Shown here piece after piece: positions 51,500 through 63,474 of a DNA stretch of 64,000 nt; the first letter of the stretch is position 1; every line of letters begins with the position of its first letter. The notes under the pieces were generated by a model. That model had not been told where the DNA came from. It did no database searches and saw nothing but the letters and a program-made list of their open reading frames with translations. A program made the translations under genes and the position numbers. The stretch is taken from NCBI GenBank assembly GCA_009602725.1, contig WELB01000005.1, positions 1,454,359-1,518,358 of the forward strand, in the 5' to 3' direction. The DNA comes from Spirogloea muscicola (lineage: Eukaryota).

Positions 51500-52395
51500 C
51501 TGAAGGAGCAGAGAGAAGAGGTGGCCGACAGCCGGCGCCATCGCTTCGGTTCGCAGCGCCTCACTGGGGCAGGTCGACAGCTCTGCCGCCTCCCGGCCGC
51601 TCTGTGCAGGTGCTCTGCCACTTTCTGGCGCCGGACAGTGGCACGCCAGCCGCGAGAGCAGCAGGCGCGTGCATCTCACTGCTCGGAGCCGGATCTCTTC
51701 GCTGGCAGCCTCCCTGGGGAGCAACGCCAGCGTGGCGAGGGCGCGCAGGAGCGTTGCGAGCTGGTGGCCGGACTGAGCGCCGCAGCGGCCGAGGAGAATC
51801 TCCAGCGCGTGGAGGGCCTCTTCGACGACCGAGTCTCCAACCCCGGAGATCTCTGGCACGGTGCCTTTGGCGGTGCGCCGGGACGCCCCCGCTTGCATCA
51901 CAAGGAGGTGGAGAGGAAACAGGACGTAGCTGCAAGCGCAAAGGTAGTGATTAGATTGTGAGATTCTTGTGGCGGCGTGATGACGATTACAGACGATTAG
52001 GGTTTCTGTGCTCAATACAAGGTGCGGCGGCCAGGTTAGGTCACTCAAATTTTCATCCATGTGTCAGAGGTTTACGCTTCGAGCTCCAGAATCAGGCTTG
52101 CATCACAACCTGCACCTTCGACGCCGCTCCGTCTGCTGGTAAAACAGCTGACTTCGAGCTCAACCCTAACCCCTAGACCTAAACCCTGAAGTCCTAAGCT
52201 ATTGGCCTTGGGCAAAAGCGAGGGAGGAGTCACGGCGCCTCTCAGTGCTTACTCCATGCAGGCCCGCAGGCCCGACTGCGGGAGCTCCCGCAGGGCCGCC
52301 GCCAGGCCGCCGCCGCCGCCACCGCGGAACGTGCTCTGCCTGGCCTCGTCGTCCGCCCCCTCGCCGTCGACACCGCCGCCGCCACCGCCGCCGTC
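51500..52395 (-). CDS. TTI1: TELO2-interacting protein 1 homologue, N-terminal two exons only (partial)
   Basis: LRELPQSGLRACMD|YVLFPLHLL, VGDSVVEEALHALEILLGRC, LLPREAASEEIR and MAPAVGHLFSLLL resemble the plant TTI1 N-terminus as I recall it. The start and all downstream exons are absent. Confidence 0.7.
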
Positions 52396-52447
52396 GCCGC
52401 CGGCAGCTTCGCCGTGACGGGCGCCGGGCGCTGCGGTGCGCGCGCAG

Positions 52448-54366
52448 GCCGGCTGTACGCGCTGGAGGATGGGATGCGCATCGACCCGCGGACGCGCACC
52501 AAGGACACCGGCGCGCTCCTCCGCTCCCTCGTCGCCCAGCTCGAGAAGGTGCGCTGCCGCCGCCATGGCCGGCCCCAGGCCACGACGGCTGGGCTCGACG
52601 CCGTGGCGAGGGCCTGCACCGGCGGCTCGACGTTTGTGGGTGGCCGTGGCTCAGCGGCCAGCGGCAGCCCAACTCGCCGGCCCGCGCAGCGCGCGGCGAG
52701 GACTGGCAACGTCCGTCGAGGCTGTGCCGGAGCGACTCACGGAGGCTGCGCTTCTCCTGCCGCGTGTGCGTGCGCTGCGTGCGGGGCGGCCAGGACAAGA
52801 AGGCAGTGAAGCTGGGCGGCGACGACGGCAAGTACATGCAGGGCTTTGCGGAGCAGGTCTTCGCCAAGGCCGACAAGCAGGACCGCGACGGCCGCGCCGA
52901 CCTGTGCGGCGCTCCCCCTCCCGCCCTCGCTTTGGTGGTGTTGCTGGCTCAGTTGCCGAACTATGGCAACGGACTCCAGCGCTCAATTCTCCTCACTGAC
53001 ATAGTCCAGCTGCCAGCTATCCTGACTGTGAGAGTTAACTAAGTAACTAGTAACTAAACTGATAACTGATGCAGCTAGCTAGCTGGCATCTGGTTGCAGG
53101 ACCACCGCCAAGACATTCAAGGCGGCCAGCACCTTCATGGAAGTGCTGCGACAGTTCGGGCCGCTCTCCCCCGAAGTTCGTTGTCCTCCCTTCCTCGCCG
53201 CGTTCGCCATTGCCGTCCAAGGCCAGAGTAGCCGCACTCAGTGATGAGGCACATTGGGCTTGTGACTCTGCTGCAGATTGAGCAGAAGCGCAAGTACGCC
53301 GTGTGGAAGGCGGCGGACATCTTCAAGGCCATCAGCGAGGGCCGGCAGCCGGTCGCAGGGCCGCCGCCGCTGGCGGACGGCATCGACGATGCCACGCTCC
53401 TCTCTGAGCTGGTCAGTCGCATGCTCTTCGCCCTCGCCAAGCGCTCTTCTGTCAGCAGCACTGCCGACTAAAGACTGAGCTTGCAGTGCTGTGTGACGTC
53501 CGCAGGGGCTGCCGCCAGACACACTTGCACAGCCGGTTCAGCCGCCAGGCGGCAGCCTTGAGCGAGCAGGCGATGCGCGGGCACCAGACCCAACTCGGGC
53601 GCAGCCGCCGACAGCCGACGAGCCGCCTGCGATCAGACCGCAAGCGATGCTGCGGCCTGGCACGCCGCCGGGAGGCGACGACATCGACCTGCCATCAGCA
53701 CCGACGTTCGCTCGACAGCCTCCTAGCCATGCACCCCTGCACCTTCCACCATACGGCCACAACCTGCAGCCACCGCCGGGCTCCATGGACCACGCCACAC
53801 AGCCTTCCTCGCAGCAACAGACAACGCCTTCTCCAGCAGCGTCGTCGTTGCACCTGTCATCCTACGCACGGCCATCGTCGACGGTTTCCCCGCCACCGAC
53901 CTCTTTCTATCCTCCCGCGGGGTTCCCCATGGGCGGCTACCCGAGCTTTGCTCAGTCTCCCCACTCTCCTTCACCACCGCCACCGTCAGCCTTCCAGCCA
54001 TCAGCACCGGGGTACCCAGAGTCGCAGTCGTTGTCGTTCTCCTACCTTGCCCAGAGCCCGCAAGGCACCTCCGCAAGCCAGATGAGCAGCTCGTCCCCTG
54101 CTGCGGCTTCTCTGCACTTGCGGCCTGCCAGCATGCCAACGACGGCTGCGAGAGTGGCCGCCGGAGCACCGATGCACGCCAATGGTGGCACCGGTGGCCT
54201 GCCGCCTATTGCAGCATACGACAGCTCATATCAGCCGCCCCCAGAGAAGGTGGTGGATGCGCACAAGGCTGCTAGGTTTGCAGTGAGCGCGCTCGCCTTT
54301 GATGACATCCCCACTGCCGTGGCATACTTGCAGCAGTCCTTGGAGCTGCTAACCAGGCCCACGTAG
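52448..54366 (+). CDS. LIP5: ESCRT/Vps4 regulator LIP5/VTA1, first exon missing
   Basis: CRLYALEDGMRI..RTKDT..LL.SL..QLEK|DKK, FAKADKQDRDGRADL, TAKTFKAA, QKRKYAVWKAADI, a Pro/Ser linker, and the C-terminal VSL domain YQPPPEKVVDAHKAARFAVSALAFDDI. Confidence 0.92.
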
Positions 54367-54550
54367 TAGCAGTACTTTGACATGTAGCAGCTGCTGCAGC
54401 AGTCAAGTCTTTACTCTGCAATGCACTGAGCAGGCAGACACAAAATGTGTCTGCTTGTTGCATCATGTACAGCGATATTGATATTCTAATAAGCCTGATC
54501 ATTTAGCCATTGATGGCCAAGACGTGAGAGATTGGCGGCAACAGGCAAAT

Positions 54551-54600
54551 TGCCAAATTCATTCTCAAGTGCTAGATAAATTCATTCTCAAGTGCTAGAT
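54551..54600. repeat. 23-bp perfect tandem duplication in a convergent 3' region
   Basis: aaattcattctcaagtgctagat occurs twice in tandem. Confidence 0.85.
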
Positions 54601-54911
54601 TGAGCTCCCTGTTTAGAATGCTTGAAGGTCAGTTCAGTGACACTTCCCTGAAGAAGCAGCACTACCTTATGTCATATCAAAGATGTGCAGAATTCTAGGG
54701 AGGCAATCGGGTCAAATTGCATGCACTACCAGCTTCAAGACCTCAGTGAGCCTTCCATGCAAGTCGTAGCATGCAGGCAGTGTGATCAATGGCTATTATT
54801 AAGTCAATGTAGCTGGCTGCGGCAACCAGTGGCAGAAGCTTAGGTGCACAAGCGTCAGAAAGAATGGACAACTTTCCACTTTGACCTTGCAATTAGCCTA
54901 GTTGAGCTGCA

Positions 54912-57900
54912 CTACCTCAAGGAAATCTTCAATCTCTCTGCAGCCTCCTCTCGAACTTTGTCCTACAGCAGTCAAAGCGGGTCATCAACAAGATGCAAGT
55001 GCAAGTAATTTGAGAGAGAGAGATGCACGCAAGTAAGTGGCCCTAGGAGTTAGTTGAGGGGCTCTCACAATGTCCGATCTTGCAAACGAATCACCTTCTG
55101 GAAGTCCTCACCTGCATTGCATTGACCTCCTCGTCGGTGAGAGAGCGCTCCATGGATCTGTAGGTTATCCTGTAGCAATGGCTTGTCATGCCCTTCTTGT
55201 TTGTGAAGTCATCAATCAGCTTCACCTGCGAGAGGAAATCATATGTTACACATGAGCCCACCAGAGACCACCAATAGATGCTGCAGGCAGTATATACAAT
55301 ACACTTGAAAGCAGAATGTGGAGAGCAACAGTTAGACAGTTTGACAACAGCGCAGCTTGTACTAGTGTCAGATGACGTCACCTGCTCAACAAGATCGCCA
55401 GCGACACCCCTGACAACCTCGCAGAGATTGTTTTCAGTAAAGGCATCACTTATCCAGAAGCTCATATCCTTGTAACAGGGTGGGTACTGCGTCGAGACGA
55501 GCAAGCGGGACAAATCAGGAGCTACCAGGTCCACTTGAGTGGCAATTGCATTCTGTGATGCAGGCACTGACCACATTCTTCAGATGCCAGCGCACGCAAG
55601 AGTGGGGTGCATGGCTATCTTATTGGCATCATTGACATCATGTTGCTTGACTGTGTCACTTCATGGTTACGTATGCTTGACCTGCTAATTACTTCATTTT
55701 CATCACGACCACTTGTGAGGCAGTGTATGCAGTCGGCCGATGCAGGTCTAAATTTAAAAGAGACTCCTATCACACTCTGAGGCGCTATGTAGATGAAGCG
55801 GAACTGCTTATGGACCTCAGCTGAGGCTGCATGTGAAACCGTATGATCATTTAATCTTTTGAGCATAATTTTCAAGGATCTATGCGACCTGCGACTTGGC
55901 CACTTCAAGAGTTGACCAACTTCATCAGTGCTATGATACATCATTAAGCATGCGTTTCTCTCCTAGAAGTGGGAAGCGGACCTTGGAAAAAGGCTTGAAC
56001 TTGGAGACTGCTTGTCCAACCTTGAACTGTGCAAGCAAGGAGATGAGGCAGCCAGTTTAGAACATGTAAGAAAGGGCAGGGATTAGACATTCAAGCCTGC
56101 GTGAACCCTTATCTTGTGATTTCTTTTGAGCTCTGGATATGCAAGACAAACAGCGCATGCATACCTGGCTTGTGAAACGCTTATCATTTGACCAGAACAG
56201 ACGAATATCTGGAATGTCAAAGAGAACCATGGCCAGTCTCTCCAAGCCAAGCCCAAACGCCCACGCGATCTCATCATTCCTGCCACAGTTGGCCATAATA
56301 GCCTGCTCTGTAACCCCACATCCAAGAACTTCCAGCCACTCTCCCTGTGAGCAAAGTAAGCGAGCCAGGAACATAAGATCTACATGTATCATGACCTCAA
56401 GAGTCTTCATGTCTATACTTCCAGACTCCAGATTTGTGATACCAATTCACAGAAGATTGACTACTTCTGCCTATAGGGCATATTGCCAAAACCTCCAGTG
56501 TATGCTAAGACCATATATCTCCTCTTGCAAGTGACCTAGACACGTGCATAATGCCAAACCTCCTTCTATAAACGAAGACCATATGCCTCCTTTGGCAAGT
56601 GACCCAGGTACACAACTTTTTTGTGAAAGCAAGTCAAAGCATGACGCCAACTGACGCCAACATCCATACCTGGAAGAAAATCTCAAGCTCATACGAAGGA
56701 TTTGTGAATGGAAAGTAACAATCTACCCACCGAAGCTCCACATCACCTGCAATGGGAAAGACATCAATCAGTGCTGCCTGGTGCAGCCCTCTAGTACAGG
56801 CCAGTAGCCAGACCAGCAACTGCTCCACTCGAAACAGGGTCAAAGGATTTGGGTTTGAAACGCTTAGGCTTACACAATCAGGCACCACTCTACACTGTAA
56901 CATTGACAATTTGATTGCATATATCTTTGCTCTGACTGTCCTTTAAAGGTCGCTGTAATCCATTCCACTCCTCAGCCAGATTCCCAATTGCCTTGAATAT
57001 ATGCGAACTCACAGAGCAAGCAGGAACAGACGATGTAAGATTAAGAAGCTATAAGGAAGAAAATTCGCAATGGCAATATGTGTATACCAAAGAGATGTAA
57101 AGCGAGTCCCTCAAGGGTCCGCTTGAGGTCGGCCGAGGCCATTGCAACCGCTTCTCCACCATCTGCACTCCACTCGTCTGATTTGCGTACACGGAAACCC
57201 TCCATCTGCATACATGAATGCATTAGCTATGACTTCTACAAGCTGCTCCCTGATAGCGAAATAATAATATATGATAGTATCCCACAAGTGTTGCTACAGA
57301 GAGGGTTTACACCAGAGACTAACACTGACTTGATGAAACACAGGGTAATGGGTAGCATCAATCGCATCCCGGCGGTAAACGTCTCCAGTGATCAGGAAGT
57401 TCGTGTGGCCCTCTCGAAGCATCTGGGTCTGATGAGCACTGGTGTGGCAGCGCAGGACTGTGTCCTTGCTGACATAGTATGTGTCATTGTAGCTCCTGCT
57501 GACGTGATCCTCAGGCACAAGCACCTCATCAAAGTTCTGCAACGAGATATTGCAGGTATTGCATTCATAAGTAAGGACCATCAAAAAGTACATTTGCACA
57601 AACCCCACAATTCTGTACAGAATGAGCTTGCCATGCAGCTAAGTGCACTTTGCCAAGCTGCCGTTGGGTCCAGCAACTTACATACCGCCTTGACCGAGAC
57701 AAGCGGGCTGAGGTTGTCGAACTTGAGATACTTGCCCGGGAACGCCTCGTCGAAGTACCGATAAATCTCATTTTTGAGGATAGCCAGCGGGTGGTCCTCC
57801 CGGTGGTGCAGCTGCATGCCTATCTTGGAGAAGATGGTGTCCGAGACGTTGTTGGCAGGATCCTCCTCCCGCACGACCTCTGTATGCAAAGGGAAAAGCC

Positions 57901-58359
57901 TTTCACTAAGCCAAGCGACCAACAAGCAATCCGCTTTCAAGCGACCGTTTGACGAGCAACTGACCTGAGCTAATGTGCTACTCCAAGCTGAGCACCAAGT
58001 GCCGCCTCAGCCAATGTGGCCGGCAGTGGCCTGTGAGCTCGAATGTAGTCAGCGGCTTGTGCTAGTTGGAGGATCTCACCGTCTCGGGATAGTGTCACTG
58101 CGGCAGGGGCGGCCGTGGCTGCCGAGGCGTGCGCGGCCTGCTGCACGAAGCTCCGCCTCGGCGCTGTCCGGAGGAATCGAGCTCCGGCCGCATGGGGCAG
58201 AGAACTGTTAAGGCGCCGAAGTGTAGGTTGCAGTGACAGCGCGGGCCTCCCGGCGGCCGCGGCGGCGGCGGCGGCGGCGCCAGCGCCAAGGATGCGGTCG
58301 CGACGCCAGTTCCGGGGGCCGGCTCCGGCCAGCAGCTCTCGCGCCCGGCAGGCCGCCAT
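54912..58359 (-). CDS. Organellar (mitochondrial/chloroplast) phenylalanine-tRNA ligase, multi-exon
   Basis: Transit-peptide-like N-terminus. Motifs [115 protein letters not shown] and [16 protein letters not shown]. Confidence 0.95.
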
Positions 58360-58380
58360 CGCGAGCGCGACGCCAAAATC

Positions 58381-59160
58381 ACTCAGTAATCCCTGCTAAG
58401 CAGCCGCAAATCAGAGAGGCTAGGGTCCTGGAAGTGGGTCCCCNNNNNNNNNNNNNNNNNNNNNNNNNNNNNNNNNNNNNNNNNNNNNNNNNNNNNNNNN
58501 NNNNNNNNNNNNNNNNNNNNNNNNNNNNNNNNNNNNNNNNNNNNNNNNNNNNNNNNNNNNNNNNNNNNNNNNNNNNNNNNNNNNNNNNNNNNNNNNNNNN
58601 NATCACTCAATAAGTACGAGTGAGGAGCCTCAGATCCGACAGACTAGCTGCCGGGAAGCTATCACCCTGACGAAAGCCAGAGCCCGCAGCGAGAGCACGG
58701 CCAGCTCGCAGATGCAGAGCGTGGGCCATGGACCGCTGCAGGGATACAGAGAGGCGCATCCGATATACCTGAGCGAAGAAGAAGGGCTCGCCCATTGAGG
58801 ATAGGGGCTGGAAAAGCCAGCCCGAATTAGAATGAACAAAGTACGAGAAGGGGGCCATGGGAAGCGCTAAGGAAAACAAGCACACAAAGAAACAAAGCAG
58901 CTACGAAGCACTCAGTAACCCCTGCTAAGCAGCCGCAAGTCAGAGATGCTAGGCTCCTGGAAGTGGGTCCCCTGGCCAGAGCCAGAGGCAGCAGCGAGGG
59001 CTCGGCCGGCACGAAGGTGCAGCGCACGGGCCATAGACCTCTGCAGCGAGACGGCCAGGCGCATACGGTACACTTGCGCCAGGGACCCGGCTGCAGGAAA
59101 GTCGACTGGCTCCCCATGGAAGCGACGGGCGATGGTGTGGCGCTGAAGGCCGGCCTAGGC
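58381..59160 (-). mobile_element. Three head-to-tail CRE-like retrotransposon 3' ends directly upstream of PheRS
   Basis: Copy A reads GEPVDFPAAGSLAQVYRMRLAVSLQRSMARALHLRAGRAL...SDLRLLSRGY* followed by a full 3' UTR ending GAGCCCTTCTTCTTC (~58775). It abuts copy B, AQVYRMRLSVSLQRSMAHAL...LTRTY* (58607). Copy C, ...SDLRLLSRDY* (58383), lies beyond the N gap. Confidence 0.78.
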
Positions 59161-60217
59161 GCACTGGATGGTGGGAGACGGGTGCTCGTGATACACCCTC
59201 GAAGCCTCCGGCCAAGAGAGGGCCTTGCCAGCAGCTGAGCTCCGTCTCTCAAGCCATCGGCCGCTTGCTGCTCATGCTGACCGCCTTGCTCACTCTGACA
59301 AACTTCTGCCGACAATGGCGGCCTTAAGAGCTGCTGCTTCTCCGCCTCTCGGGTTACTCCTTGATGGTCAGCCGACGGCTTTGACCTAGCAGAGGCTGCC
59401 ATTTCGACAGGTGTCCTCATCTCTGAGGTGCTTACATGCTGGCAACGCTTTCAGTCGCCGCCCGCGATGCCTACGCTGAGATTCACCCGCATTGTGCAGA
59501 GTTGCGAACTTCATTTCACTCTTAGCACCTGAACCCTGTGCTGAAGCTTTTTCAGCGCAGGGTTCCAAGTATCTCCACCACACATATTTGTGTCTCCACC
59601 ACAAATATTTGTGATCAATGTGTCATTGTCTCCAGCCAACCCACCAGCCACAGCAACACGACAGGTCTACAAGTAACTCACTACTCCTGCCTACCACAGC
59701 TTCATGTCTCTTAGACTTGACCATAATCCAAAACTCTGTGCTCGGCAAAAGATCATAGCGTGGGCTTGCAGCAAAGTTAGCCTTAGCACACTGCTCTAGC
59801 AGTCAATTTGGACTGTACGTTGCGAGAAGCACCACTGCAGGGTCCACCATCCCACAAGAGCACCAAGACAGTTTGTCTACAATTGATGGCAATGGGCCTG
59901 CAATACCCAGAGAATAGGAATTGGACAGCGGCCCTTGGCAGTAGATAGGAGAGCAAGGATTGAATTGCAAAGGATCAGCCGAAAAAGAGCTGATTTGGTG
60001 CTCTTGTCAGCTCTGTTGCCATGGTGGCGGCCAATAGCCACTGCCACCTTGAAGCGTTTCGAAGCGGCTGATTTCAGTAAGTGTGCACCAGCAAATGGCG
60101 GACCATCAAATCCGTCCAATAAAAATGGGCACATGCCTATGCCGTGTGGGCCTAATCTACCAAACTCTCTCTTGCAGACTATGACACAAGATGCCATGCA
60201 TGTTGAGGGAACAGCCA

Positions 60218-63200
60218 TCAGTCATAGAATTCCAGCTTAAGTCTAGCTGGTTCTTCTTTGAGCAGCTGTAAAAGCTCCCTTTGCTGGCCAGCCTCAAGAT
60301 ACTGCACCAGCCACCGCAGCACACTCACTTGATCGGGTGCTCCGACATTGGCACTGCATAAAAAGCAGCGGAGTTTTGGACAGAGTCAGACTAATAAAAG
60401 TATTTCACCACTAACAAGCCACTCTAAGGAAAGTGAATGCAGTATACTGCAACTTACAATGCTCCTCATATTTTGCAGGTCGGATTGCAGATGGTAAAGA
60501 CACAGGTAAACATGCCAGCTCATGTGAGCAAGCGCATATCTCTAGGTGTACATTGCTCAGGGACAGACGATTGTTACCAGTCAAAAAACCTCGAGACAGC
60601 TACTGTCTTGGTCCTTGGTGTGATCAGGATGCCCCCATTCTCAAAGTACAATGTTGCCGCTAATCGCAGCTGCTCATCCACGCTTTCGGCCTTGAATGGC
60701 TTTGTTGAGAGGCTTGACTTGACCCCCGAGAACAGTGCGCAGTGAATGAGCGGATCTTCATCAACAAGAATGAGCTGTCACACCCAGGTCACCATCTGTT
60801 ATTATTCTAGTAGAAGCTACAGTGAAGACACATCAAAGTACACTAAGTGACAGCAGTACACGGTCATTTATGCTGCTGTATATGAACTGCATAGATGCAA
60901 AGCAGAGCGAGGAGGACAGATGTGCAACTAGTCAAAGCTGCTCCAACATTGCTGAGCTGCTTTGATTAGGACTTACCTCCACCCGTGGGTCCTTGGAACC
61001 AAATGGTTTGTTGCTTCCATAGGGGGAGCATTTATTGCCCAAAAGGAGTCCATACTCAAGGTCATTGAGACTATATGCAGAACCCCCAATGATGTAACAG
61101 TACTGTGTTTCAAATGCCTCCAGCTCTGCAGCTGTCTCTGGAAACCTTCCCAGTAAAGCTGTGGCGTGTATAGCAAGTACGTTATATATGTTGACGAGGA
61201 ATGCCATTTTCTCATTTCTTGACAGAGACTCTAGTGGTAGTCGTTGTAGCTCCTCTGTACTTCGCACGAATCTGTTTCACCCCTAAGAAACAGCTCAGAG
61301 GCAGGTGCTCACAAGTATAGCTTCAAGAAACATTACAGGACCCACACCTTTCAGCAATTCATGGAAACCTTCTGTCTTTCAAGTAGCTTACCACAAAGCG
61401 TACTAGTGACGATTTCCAGACAGCCTGCACTTACCGTCGAAAAGCTTCACTGGCTGCCATGGTATGGTAGTTCACCCTTCGTCCCCCTTTTGAGTGCTCG
61501 TCATAGATTGCCAAGATAAGGCGCCGCAGCCCACACCCCAGCTGTTCTGCAGTTCGACACTGTAGTGGGCTGATCAAGCCATTGAAGTTGATGCACTGTT
61601 TTCCAGCTGGTAAATTGTGCTCTAGAAAGCGATAAAGTGAGTTGCCATCCTTCAGACCGTGCTCCCTGCACCAAACAATGTTGTCCCAGCAGAGTCAACA
61701 TTTCAAATCTTGCACCACAACCTCTCACTGACCATTTTCCTTCTACCCGATGTCGTCCTCATGCCCAAAGAAACGTCAAGCCGGATACATGTTGCATGCA
61801 TCTGAAGCAGATTCTGGCACGCAAGCATGTGGAACAGTGGCACACATGCCTCCATGATGCTTGCTTTGCAGACTAGAAGTACGATTCCTTATCCAAACCT
61901 AACAGAGTCTATCTCTTGTCCAAGTTCAACAAGTTCTCAAGCTACGCTCACCGTTGCACATGGTGAAAGAAGTGCCGAGATATCATGTCATTCCCCATTG
62001 CAACAGCCTGCAAAATAAATTGGTCCACCAAAATCTCAGCTTTATTTGAAAAGCCAGAGTCTGCGTAGCCTAACTGTACAGGATGTAATACACAGCCAAA
62101 ATACACGTACCTATTTCACCAGACACACGTGATGCGTGCTCAAGCTCAGGGGTGTCAGCTATACCTGAGCTCTACTACATTGTTGTGAAGTAGATAACCA
62201 TTCCACACAGTCAGAGCCAAGAAAGCAATTTCTGTAAAGACGGAACTTGTGCCATCTGTCCTTGATCTTGACCACGTGCCTTAGCTCCCTGGCAAGCTCT
62301 GCAAACTCGTCCTGTCTCCCAGAATCCAGGCTGGCTGTCCGTGGCAAGGGGATGGCGGGAGCCGTCGGCGGCACTGGTGTATTGAAGACTGCGCTGATTT
62401 TGGCATCCAGCTCATTCCTGGCCTTCAAGGATTGTATGGCATCATAACCTCCGATCAAGTCATCATTGAAGAAAACCTGCACCCGGCAACAACAGATCAG
62501 CAACAGAGCAGGCGATCAGCAACAGAGCAGGCGAGGTGCCTGTGCTAGCATCTGTACCAGTGATCCTGGATGACCAAATTGGCCTGCATGACAATCACCA
62601 ATGTTGACCAAAGCAGGACGTGCCACCGTCCTTCTCTTGTAGTAGAGGAGTGGTCTTCACCTGTGGTAGGCTCATCTTCCCATACCGCCTTTGGAGCTCA
62701 ACTATACTCTCAGGATGATGATCCACATTGACCTCAATCACTGTGGCACCCTTCTTCTTCAAAATGGAATAAATGGCTCGGCCCTGAGGGCAGTCGGTGG
62801 TGGAAAAGAGAGTTATCCGCCCCTGCACAGAAGCCCAACCTTGAAAACCTCTTCAGCAAGAGCTGATGACAGCAATGTTGATACCTCGGACATGTTACCT
62901 TGCACAACATTACCTCTGCATTCTGCACAATATCAAGGTACTCTGTCCAACGAATCATCACCTTCATCAGCGCGCTGGCAGGTCCAAAGGAGTCTTCTCT
63001 TTTGAATGACTTTGCCATAGACCATCCCCTACTTGAGCCTCTGTCGCTTGACTGGGAGTGCGTGCTGTTGTAGGACTCTCCGCTCTTGCTGTTGCTTTGC
63101 GGCCCTGTGTCCACACTGCGACCAGGAGAGGTCTTGTCCTTGGGCGGAGACGTCGCTCCAACCGGCTCGCCCCGCTCGCTGGCCATGTTGACAGCCCCTG

Positions 63201-63474
63201 TTGCAGAACCAACCTGGCCAGTGGCGCTCTCCTTCTTCTTCGCGGATCTGCCAATCTTCTTCAGGGAGTCCATGCGGACGAATGCTACGGAGGGAGCCAT
63301 GGGGTCCTCTTCGATGGCCAAGGAGATGACCTTCGCCTTCTGCGACTCATCCGTGGGTGGCGGCGGCGGCGGCAACAGCCCCTGCTGATGCTCCGGCGCG
63401 GTGGCGAGGGCCGAGGCTATGCCATCGGCGGCGGGGGACTCCGTTGGCTCCGGTACGGCCATGGCCGCGTGCAT
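60218..63474 (-). CDS. Glutaredoxin + DEP + DUF547 domain protein, multi-exon
   Basis: GRX: GRITLFSTTDCPQG...LPQ|VFFNDDLIGG. DEP: IKDRWHKFRLYRNCFLGSDCVEWL. DUF547: ELQRL...LSRNEKMAFLVNIYNVLAIHA, YIIGG..YSLNDLEYGLL and DPLIHCAL. Confidence 0.88.

Noticed and set aside
59572..59613. Short tandem duplications (also ~3529, ~19709, ~62494)
   Set aside because: These are ordinary 12-21 bp slippage duplications in introns or UTRs, with no further structure.
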